Below, piece after piece: positions 15,760-23,497 of a stretch of 62,048 bases of DNA. Under the pieces are notes generated by a model. That model was given only the letters and a program-made list of their open reading frames with translations. It was not told where the DNA came from and did not search any database. The stretch lies in assembly GCA_964428205.1 (NCBI GenBank), contig CAYRXE010000002.1, positions 1 to 62,048 of the forward strand, in the 5' to 3' direction. This stretch comes from an uncultured Candidatus Peribacteria bacterium (GTDB taxonomy: Bacteria; Patescibacteriota; Gracilibacteria; Peribacterales; Peribacteraceae). Every line of letters starts with the position of its first letter. Position 1 is the first letter of the stretch. A program made the position numbers and the translations under genes.

Positions 15760-17874
15760 TTACACGAACAGCGCTGCCATCGCGAGCGTGAGCGTTGCGA
15801 AGAGCTTGATGAGCACGTGCAAGCTTGGGCCAGCAGTGTCCTTGAACGGATCACCAACGGTGTCGCCCGTCACAGCAGCCTGGTGTGCAGGGCTTCTCTT
15901 GCCGCCGTGTGCACCCTGCTCAATGAACTTCTTGGCGTTGTCCCATGCGCCACCTGCGTTGTTGAGGTAGCAGGCCATGAGCACACCCACGATGGTGCCG
16001 ACCATCAGGAGACCGGCAACCGCAGCCTTACCGAACAAGACACCAATCACGATAGGAGCGGCAACAGCCAAGACTCCCGGCATGATCATTTCTTTGAGAG
16101 CGCTCTGGGTGGCAATGTCGACGCAGGCAGCGTAGTCAGGCTCATCCTTGCCATCCATGATGCTCTTGGTCTTGAACTGGCGGCGGACCTCTTCGACGAT
16201 CACACCGGCAGCACGACCGACAGCGCGGATCGTGAGGGACGTGAAGAAGAAGATCACCATGGCACCGAGGAAGGCACCCACGAATACTTTTACATCTGCG
16301 AGGTTGACCACCGTCAGCTCTGCATCGGTCATGTAGGCCGAGAAGAGCAAGAAGGCAGCGAGTGCAGCGGAACCAACGGCGTATCCCTTGGTGAGAGCCT
16401 TGGTCGTGTTTCCTGCAGCATCGAGCTTATCGGTAATGACGCGCATCTCCTCTGGAGCCTTGCTCATCTCCACGATGCCACCGGCGTTATCGGTAATTGG
16501 TCCGAACATATCCATCGAGAGCACGAAGCCCACAACGGAGAGCATTCCCATGGTTGCAACAGCTGTGCCGTAGAGGCCACCGCTTGCGAGACCCGTCTGC
16601 TCGCCAATCCAGTGGCTCACGAAGAGTGCGATACATACGGTGAGGACAGAGAGACCTGTGGACTCCATGCCAATAGCCGTACCTGCAATCACGTTTGTAC
16701 CGTGACCTGTCGTACTAGCCTTCGCAATAGAGTGCACTGGGCGGTTCTGTGTGCCTGTGTAGTAGTCGGTGATATAGAGGAAGGCGACAGCCGTGAGCAC
16801 ACCAATGACACCCGTGATAAAGAACAAGTTGCCCGTACCCAAGCTCATCCAACCCGTCGTCTCGCCAATAGCGAGCACAGCATCAGCGTTGAGCATGTAG
16901 TGCGTGGTCACATAGAGAGCGATGATTGTGAGAACAGCCGTAACCCAGAAACCGCGAGTCATAGCCTTCATAGGTGCTTCGTCGTTGCTCTTGGCGCGTA
17001 CCGTGTACACACCAATGATGCCGGCGATGAGGCCGAGCGAACCGAGGACGATAGGGAACAAGATTCCTTTGAGACCGAAGACTGGGAAGAGTGCGACACC
17101 AAGCACCATCGCACCGATGTTCTCGGCGGAGATGGATTCAAAGAGGTCAGCACCACGACCGGCACAGTCACCCACGTTGTCACCCACGAGGTCGGCGACC
17201 ACTGCTGGGTTACGAGGATCATCCTCTGGGATTCCTGCTTCGATCTTACCCACGAGGTCCGCACCAACGTCGGCTGCCTTCGTATAAATACCTCCACCAA
17301 GCTGAGCGAACAGAGCTACAAACGAAGCTCCGAAGCCGTAACCCACGATCATGCGTGGGATATCGGTGATTTCCATATTCAATCCAAAGCGATACATCAG
17401 GTACAGCGCGCTAATACCAATCAAGGAGAATGCCATGATGGCGATAGCGGATACCGTGCCTCCACGCAGCGACATTTGCAGAGCGGCGTTCATGCCGTCC
17501 TTGGCAACTGCTGCAGTCTTGAGGTTCGTCTTCGTGGCAACGATCATGCTCACGATTCCCGAGAGACCCGAGAAGAAGCTACCGAGCAAGAAGGCGGCAC
17601 CAACCTCCAGTCCGTAGATCCATCCGTGACCTTCGTAGTCAATGACTCCGTGAATCACCACAATCAACACGGCAACAAGCACCGAGAGAATGGTGATCGT
17701 GCGGTACTGGCGACGTACGAATGCGCGTGCACCGGTCGAGATGGCGCTCGCCACTTTCTGCATGGCAGGCGTACCGTCTGGAGCGGCTTTGACCGCCTTC
17801 CACATCACCACTGCCCACACGAGACCGAGCACGGCCACTGCTGGGGCAAACAGCTCAAGAGAGAACGTAGACAT
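15760..17874 (-). CDS. hppA: Membrane-bound proton-translocating pyrophosphatase, K+-independent type
   Basis: 704 aa with GGGIYTKAADVGADLVGKIEAGIPEDDPRNPAVVADLVGDNVGDCAGRGADLFES. GNTTKALTKGYAVGSAA carries Lys at the position diagnostic of K+ independence. Confidence 0.95.
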   Translation of the reverse strand: MSTFSLELFAPAVAVLGLVWAVVMWKAVKAAPDGTPAMQKVASAISTGARAFVRRQYRTITILSVLVAVLIVVIHGVIDYEGHGWIYGLEVGAAFLLGSFFSGLSGIVSMIVATKTNLKTAAVAKDGMNAALQMSLRGGTVSAIAIMAFSLIGISALYLMYRFGLNMEITDIPRMIVGYGFGASFVALFAQLGGGIYTKAADVGADLVGKIEAGIPEDDPRNPAVVADLVGDNVGDCAGRGADLFESISAENIGAMVLGVALFPVFGLKGILFPIVLGSLGLIAGIIGVYTVRAKSNDEAPMKAMTRGFWVTAVLTIIALYVTTHYMLNADAVLAIGETTGWMSLGTGNLFFITGVIGVLTAVAFLYITDYYTGTQNRPVHSIAKASTTGHGTNVIAGTAIGMESTGLSVLTVCIALFVSHWIGEQTGLASGGLYGTAVATMGMLSVVGFVLSMDMFGPITDNAGGIVEMSKAPEEMRVITDKLDAAGNTTKALTKGYAVGSAALAAFLLFSAYMTDAELTVVNLADVKVFVGAFLGAMVIFFFTSLTIRAVGRAAGVIVEEVRRQFKTKSIMDGKDEPDYAACVDIATQSALKEMIMPGVLAVAAPIVIGVLFGKAAVAGLLMVGTIVGVLMACYLNNAGGAWDNAKKFIEQGAHGGKRSPAHQAAVTGDTVGDPFKDTAGPSLHVLIKLFATLTLAMAALFV

Positions 17875-17986
17875 ACGAGAAAAGGGGAGAGAAATGACAG
17901 ATAATGAACCGACAGAGCCTACCGTACGAGAATTTGGTTGGGAAGGGAACCTGGGTACTCCTTATATATGCAGGGCACGAACTTGG

Positions 17987-19663
17987 TTATCCGCCTAGCT
18001 CCTCCAGTCTTTGCCTGGCAGGGGTGTTTTCGGGGTCCATCTCCAGCGCTGTGCGGTACATCTCCTTCGCCTCCGCAATTCTGCCCTGTTCTTCCAAGAC
18101 CAATCCGAGCAGCTGGTAAAAATGTGCAGAAGGGCGTGCCTCATCGATGGACTGTCGCAGGTACGCCTCGGCGTTCTTCCACTGACCGTCTTGGATGAGC
18201 ATGCTCACGACCGCAATGCGCGGAGCAGGATCCACCATGCTCGATTGTGCAGCGGCTAAGAAATGTTGAAGAGCTTCTTGGTGTTTCCCTTGCTCACGTT
18301 CAATCACTCCAATATTAAAGAGGGTTGTTGCGTCCTGTCGGATTTGCAGAGACTTGTAGAAGTTCTGGAGCGCCGCATCCACTTGTCCCATCTTGTACAA
18401 CTCCGTACCAATATTCGTGTACGCAACGTACGCATTCTTGTGATACTTGATCGTCTGCGTGAAGAGCGAAGTCGTATCGAACCACGTGCGAGCGAGGAAG
18501 AAGGAGAGGATCGAAAGCACGATCATGACCACTGTTGTCGCAGCGAGAACGACGCGCTTTATCAGCATGTCTTGCTCCAGTAATTTGCTGATACCTAAGC
18601 CACAAAGTAAGAAGATGCCAATCACCGGCAAGTACGCATAGCGGTCACTCGTGATGTACACGTCGAGGAGCTCATTGTGGCCCTTGGCGATGTTCGTCAT
18701 TGATGGTGCGAGCAGCACGAGGAACCAGGCGAGAGCAAACAGCGGAGATCGGTTTTTAGTTTTGATCCACACGATCACCGCACCAACAATCAACGCGATC
18801 AGGAGTAACAAGGATCCCAAAATATCCGGAGTCAGAAGCGAGATAGGCTGTGTGTACGGATAGAGGACGGAGAATCCAACGGGATACACCAGATGAACGA
18901 GATGCAACACGACGCTGCGTGCACCCATCAAGATTTTTTCGAAGAAGAATTCATCCGTTGATGACTTGCCGAGACTCGCGATGATCACGAAGAGCACACT
19001 CAGTGCAAAGAAGGGGATCAGCTCTATCCATGTTTTCTTGGTGAGAGGTTTTTGTCGGTACCAATCCAACAGCAGTAAGATCAACGGCAGGAAGACAATC
19101 GACACCTTCGACATCAGACCAAGCGCAAAGGATCCCAAACTCACGGCATACCAGAGCCAAAAACGGCTCCCATCCTCTTTCTTGAGATAGGCCCCCAGAG
19201 AAAGGAGAAAGAAGAATGCAGCGAGGACATCCTTACGACCGCTCACCCACGCAACTGCTTCGACGTTGATGGGGTGGATAGCAAAGAGGAGTGCAGTGAC
19301 GATCGCCGCTACTCGGTTTTTCGTGACGGCAAACATCACCCATGCAACCATCAGTACAGATCCAACGTGGAGGAGGAGATTGACCAAGTGGTACCCAAAC
19401 GGAGAGAGTTCATGGAGTGAGTAGTTGATCTGGAAACTCAGCAATGTGAGCGGGATGTACAACTCCGGGTCGTACGTCGTGAATGCCCGCACAATGTTCG
19501 TCCAGGTCAGGCCGTGTGCTGTTGGGTTTGCTGTCACAAGCAACGCGTCATCCCACACCACAAAGCCATTCATCAAAGACCATCCGTAAATCAGTGCCAA
19601 GACCGCGGCTATTACAGCCGCGAACAGGAAAGACTTTTTGCGCGAAGCGAACAAACGATCCAT
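17987..19663 (-). CDS. GT-C-like polytopic membrane protein with C-terminal TPR repeats (TMTC/PMT_2-like putative protein O-glycosyltransferase)
   Basis: 558 aa. The first loop is FVVWDD (acidic pair). There are about 10 TMs, including LFAIHPINVEAVAWVSGRKDVL, which is typical of the DUF1736/TMTC-like family. TPR repeats occupy the last 170 aa or so. Confidence 0.8.
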   Translation of the reverse strand: MDRLFASRKKSFLFAAVIAAVLALIYGWSLMNGFVVWDDALLVTANPTAHGLTWTNIVRAFTTYDPELYIPLTLLSFQINYSLHELSPFGYHLVNLLLHVGSVLMVAWVMFAVTKNRVAAIVTALLFAIHPINVEAVAWVSGRKDVLAAFFFLLSLGAYLKKEDGSRFWLWYAVSLGSFALGLMSKVSIVFLPLILLLLDWYRQKPLTKKTWIELIPFFALSVLFVIIASLGKSSTDEFFFEKILMGARSVVLHLVHLVYPVGFSVLYPYTQPISLLTPDILGSLLLLIALIVGAVIVWIKTKNRSPLFALAWFLVLLAPSMTNIAKGHNELLDVYITSDRYAYLPVIGIFLLCGLGISKLLEQDMLIKRVVLAATTVVMIVLSILSFFLARTWFDTTSLFTQTIKYHKNAYVAYTNIGTELYKMGQVDAALQNFYKSLQIRQDATTLFNIGVIEREQGKHQEALQHFLAAAQSSMVDPAPRIAVVSMLIQDGQWKNAEAYLRQSIDEARPSAHFYQLLGLVLEEQGRIAEAKEMYRTALEMDPENTPARQRLEELGG

Positions 19664-19686
19664 GGGGATCAGTGTATGATTCTTCT

Positions 19687-22176
19687 ATGCCTAAGGCCAA
19701 GACCGATTCGGCCGAAAACCCCAATCTTGAATCCCTGCGCAAGCGCATAGCCAAAGCGCCGCAGGATGCAGGTGTGTATCGCTGGAAGGACGCAGACGGA
19801 ACCATCCTCTATGTGGGGAAGGCGAAGAATCTTCGTAATCGTTTAAAACAGTACGTCACGGGACCCGCGAGTGCGCATGGTCCGTGGAAGCAGAGTTTTT
19901 TGCGTAAAGTGGCGGACTTCGAAATCACCGTTACGGGTAGCGAACTCGAAGCACTGATTTTGGAAACGAATATGATTAAAGAGAATCGACCCAAGTACAA
20001 CGTGCTCATGAAGGACGATAAGAACTACGTGTATGCACGCGTGACCATCAACGAAACATATCCGCGTGTGGAGTCGGTGCGTTTTTTGAATCTCAAAGAT
20101 GGTGCACTCTACTTTGGGCCCATCCTCAGCAACAGTGATCTGTGGGAAACACTCACTGCCATTAGAACCGTATTCCCGTTTCGCACTTGTAAAATGGATA
20201 TACAGACTGTTTCAGGGGAAAAGATGAATGATGAATTAAGAGAGATGAAAGACGAGAATATTCATCATTCATCACTCATCTCTCATCATTCTCCAGATAA
20301 AAAGATTATTCCCATTGATGTCGTTTGCTCTCACAGAGATAGGCCAACGCCGTGTTTGGATCATCACATTGGTAAATGCGGTGCCCCCTGTGTAGGTCTT
20401 GTGACCCCTGAAGAATACAAACGTGACGTGATCGATGGCGTCATCCGGTTTTTGAAAGGGGATTACGACAGTGTGAAAAATATTCTCACGGTGCGCATGC
20501 AACAGGCCGCTGCCGAGAAGAAGTTTGAACTCGCGGGAAAGTTACGAGATCAAATGACGGCGATGGATCGCTTACAAGGAAAACAAATCATCAGCGATAC
20601 CACAGGAGAAGATGCCGACGTGATTGCGATTGCCATCAAGAGTGGTCATGCACATGTGTGCGTATTGCGTCGCCGTGATGGACGCATAATTGGAGACGAA
20701 GAAGTGGCGCTCATGGGAGTCGCCGAAGAGCCAGAAGTCACACTGGGGGAATTCCTCGCGCAGTTCTACGCCGACCGCGAAATCCCACAGCAAATCATCC
20801 TCTCGCACGAACCACCGGATATGGCTGTTTTGGGCCAGTGGCTCAGCGAAAAGCGAGGTACGAAGGTGCAAATGCTCCTACCAGAACGAGGCACAAAATC
20901 GAAGCTTTTGCAGATGGCAGAAAAGAACGCACTCGAGAAGGCGCGTACGAGTGAACTCAAGTGGGAAGCAGAGGAGAGGAATACGAAAGGTGCTGTGCGC
21001 GAGCTTGCAGAAAAAATCCTTCCCAATTTTACAACAGCGGAGCATGGCGATGCGTCGAAGACGCCGCTGCATCGAATAGAATGCTATGACATCAGTCATA
21101 TGGGAGGGAACGAGACAGTCGCAAGTATGACCGTCGCACTCGATGGCAAGCTCGACAGCAGTCACTATCGCTCCTTTAACATGCGCACGGTCAAGGAGGG
21201 AGACATCGATGACTACCGATCATTGAGGGAGGCGCTGCTCCGTCGACTGCGACGTTTGCATGACGATCTCCCTGAGGAAGAAAAGAGGTGGAATGCGAAA
21301 GGTGTGACCTTTGGCAAAGCTCTCAAAAAAGATGCGGAGTTCATTGCCAACGTGGTGGCAGACAGCCCGGGAGACATAGGGTCCGACGGACTGGAGGATT
21401 CCGTATTTTGGCTCGCCAAAAAGGAAAACGAGATCATCGCCTGTGCGCGGTTTTACGAGTATCCCGGCAAGGTTCTCACGCTGCGCTCACTCTGGGTTTC
21501 TCCCGATCATCGTGGTGAAAAACTGGGGCTCATGTTGCTACGTCGCATGCTGAAGACGGTGAAGAAGGGCAAGGTGTACTTGCACTGCAAAGAAGCTCTT
21601 GGTGAGTACTACGGAGAGATTGGATTCCGCTACGTCATCAAACCGCCAAAACCGTTGCAGGAAAAAATGGATGCGTTTCACAAAGAACATCCCGAAGCCG
21701 AGCCAACGAGTATTTTCCTCTGGGAGGCGTTGCAGCATAAAGTGGATCCTTCTTTTAGTGCGCGTCCCGATCTCCTCGTGATCGACGGAGGCAAAGGGCA
21801 ACTGAGTACCATCGTCGAAGTCCTCAAAGAATTGAACTTGGATATTCCGGTGATTGGTCTCGCGAAGCGTGAAGAAGAAGTGTTCGTCCCCAATAGAAGT
21901 GATCCGATTCTTTTCGAGAAAGATAGCCCGGGAAAATTCCTGCTCATGCGACTCCGTGATGAGGCCCATAGGTTTGCGAATTTGAAGCGTGAGGGCAGGG
22001 GACTCGCCGATGCAAAGCGATCTGCATTGGACAATGTACCGGGTATAGGGCCCGAGACGCGCAAAGCGCTCATGCTTAAATTTATGACGCTCACGGGCAT
22101 TAAGAAGGCTCCGGATAGCGAACTTTTGAAGATTCTCACGCAGGGACAACTGGAGCAGGTAAGAAAACATCTGTGA
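19687..22176 (+). CDS. uvrC: Excinuclease ABC subunit C with two in-frame insertions (low-complexity insert and GNAT-like domain)
   Basis: Start at ATG 19687 (MPKAKTD...). GIY-YIG module (GVYRWKDADGTILYVGKAKNLRNRLKQY), UVR domain (FELAGKLRDQ), endonuclease core (ECYDISHMGG...LLVIDGGKGQL) and a C-terminal HhH (VPGIGPETRKALM). Confidence 0.9.
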   Translation: MPKAKTDSAENPNLESLRKRIAKAPQDAGVYRWKDADGTILYVGKAKNLRNRLKQYVTGPASAHGPWKQSFLRKVADFEITVTGSELEALILETNMIKENRPKYNVLMKDDKNYVYARVTINETYPRVESVRFLNLKDGALYFGPILSNSDLWETLTAIRTVFPFRTCKMDIQTVSGEKMNDELREMKDENIHHSSLISHHSPDKKIIPIDVVCSHRDRPTPCLDHHIGKCGAPCVGLVTPEEYKRDVIDGVIRFLKGDYDSVKNILTVRMQQAAAEKKFELAGKLRDQMTAMDRLQGKQIISDTTGEDADVIAIAIKSGHAHVCVLRRRDGRIIGDEEVALMGVAEEPEVTLGEFLAQFYADREIPQQIILSHEPPDMAVLGQWLSEKRGTKVQMLLPERGTKSKLLQMAEKNALEKARTSELKWEAEERNTKGAVRELAEKILPNFTTAEHGDASKTPLHRIECYDISHMGGNETVASMTVALDGKLDSSHYRSFNMRTVKEGDIDDYRSLREALLRRLRRLHDDLPEEEKRWNAKGVTFGKALKKDAEFIANVVADSPGDIGSDGLEDSVFWLAKKENEIIACARFYEYPGKVLTLRSLWVSPDHRGEKLGLMLLRRMLKTVKKGKVYLHCKEALGEYYGEIGFRYVIKPPKPLQEKMDAFHKEHPEAEPTSIFLWEALQHKVDPSFSARPDLLVIDGGKGQLSTIVEVLKELNLDIPVIGLAKREEEVFVPNRSDPILFEKDSPGKFLLMRLRDEAHRFANLKREGRGLADAKRSALDNVPGIGPETRKALMLKFMTLTGIKKAPDSELLKILTQGQLEQVRKHL
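20223..20284. repeat. Interleaved inverted repeats inside uvrC
   Basis: GATGAATGATGAAT (20223-20236) pairs with ATTCATCATTCATC (20260-20273). GAGAGATGA (20240-20248) pairs with TCATCTCTC (20276-20284). Confidence 0.8.
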
Positions 22177-22255
22177 GTTGCGTCATCTACAATGGCGCTG
22201 ATTTCTTTGCGCTTCGTTGTACGTTTCGTACAATGGAATCCTTCCCCTCGTTTCT

Positions 22256-22630
22256 ATGAAAAAGATCTCCCTCTTGCTCGGTGCACTCGGTGGTGCCATG
22301 GCCGGTTACGTCTTTAGTAATCAAAAACTTCGCAACGAACTTTCCGAAGCAAAAGATGCCGAAGCTGCCGCACAAATCTTGGGTAAGCACATGAAGTCTG
22401 ATGGAAAGAAGATCGGTAAAGAAGTGTGGGACTTTGTGCAGAGTGATGAAGTTCAGAAGAACATCAATCATGCGAAGAAGTACGCAGAGAAGCAGTTCAA
22501 GACTGCGAAGACAGAGGTGCAGAAGTACATGAAGAAAGAAGCCAAGCAGCTCAAGAGCGCGGCTAAGTCTGCAGCAAAGAAAGCGGTGAAGCGTGCAAAA
22601 ACGGGCTTTAAGGACAGGAAGGTGAGCTAA
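22256..22630 (+). CDS. YtxH-like protein
   Basis: ATG 22256. N-terminal anchor MKKISLLLGALGGAMAGYVFS followed by a Lys/Ala-rich helical region. Confidence 0.75.
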   Translation: MKKISLLLGALGGAMAGYVFSNQKLRNELSEAKDAEAAAQILGKHMKSDGKKIGKEVWDFVQSDEVQKNINHAKKYAEKQFKTAKTEVQKYMKKEAKQLKSAAKSAAKKAVKRAKTGFKDRKVS

Positions 22631-22659
22631 TTGACGTAATTGTTAATTAGTATTATAAG
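22631..22659 (+). promoter_or_regulatory. Sigma-70-like promoter upstream of rdgB
   Basis: TTGACG (22631-22636), 17-nt AT-rich spacer, TATAAG (22654-22659). A second TATAAT sits at 22660-22665. Confidence 0.4.
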
Positions 22660-22731
22660 TATAATTACTGAACATCGTTGATGTTGGTCTTTCACTCACT
22701 CCTGTTTCTTTTTTCACGAAGGAGAGTTGGT

Positions 22732-23421
22732 ATGTCCATCAGGCCTCTCAAGGGTCAGGTTGTTATCGCGACGACGAGTCCGGGAAAGCTCAAGGAGTAC
22801 GGTCGTTCCAGCGCTCGCCTCAAGGAATTGGGCGGGACTCTGGAGTTTGTACCGTTACCTCGCAAGCACTCGCTTCTCGAAATCCAAGGCGACAACCCGC
22901 AGCAGATCGCAGCCGCCAAGGCGTGGTACGCCGCCCTCAAGGTCTCACCGACGTTGGGAGCTGGCCTCTATCACTTGCCCATCGTAACCGAAGACGTCCT
23001 CCTTGCCATTCCGGCTTTAGGAGGATTGCCCGGTCCGTATTACGCGGACTGGCACGATCAACGCAAGATCTCCAACTCGCAGATTCTGCGGATGATGGAA
23101 GGTGTCGAAGACCGTCGTGTCTTCGCTACCGCGACTCTTGGGTACGCCAACCCTCGCGATGGGAAAATCTTCCTCTACACGGGAACGTGTGAAGGCAGAC
23201 TCCCTCTCGAGACTCGTGGCTCCGAAGAGTTCGGTTACGACAACATGTTCGAGATGGACGGGCTGACGTTTGCCGAGATGACTCCCGAGCAAAAAGATGC
23301 AGTGTCCTTCCGCGGACGGGTCATGCTTGCTGCGATGAAGGGCGAATGCACGGTTCACGACTGGACCGACATTCTCCCTGAGTACGTGCGCGTGCTGCTC
23401 CCGCAGTTACCGCGAGACTAG
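22732..23421 (+). CDS. rdgB: Non-canonical purine NTP pyrophosphatase (RdgB/HAM1 family)
   Basis: AGGAGA SD before ATG 22732. Motifs: VVIATTSPGKLKEY, TEDVLLAIPALGGLPGPYYADW, FGYDNMFEMDGLTFAEM and SFRGR. Confidence 0.85.
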   Translation: MSIRPLKGQVVIATTSPGKLKEYGRSSARLKELGGTLEFVPLPRKHSLLEIQGDNPQQIAAAKAWYAALKVSPTLGAGLYHLPIVTEDVLLAIPALGGLPGPYYADWHDQRKISNSQILRMMEGVEDRRVFATATLGYANPRDGKIFLYTGTCEGRLPLETRGSEEFGYDNMFEMDGLTFAEMTPEQKDAVSFRGRVMLAAMKGECTVHDWTDILPEYVRVLLPQLPRD

Positions 23422-23497
23422 GACATGTCGTGAATCACCTGTTCAGTGCCGTTTCCTTCATTGGAATCGGCATTTTAATATGCATTTATAGGCTGTT

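Noticed and set aside
15817-17904. 695-aa + strand ORF
   Set aside because: It is antisense to hppA, whose identity is unambiguous. The translation is His/Arg/Asp-rich nonsense typical of a shadow frame.
19483-19686. 68-codon upstream extension of the uvrC ORF
   Set aside because: It overlaps the start of the divergent TPR membrane gene and is not UvrC-like. The conserved GIY-YIG module begins right after Met at 19687.
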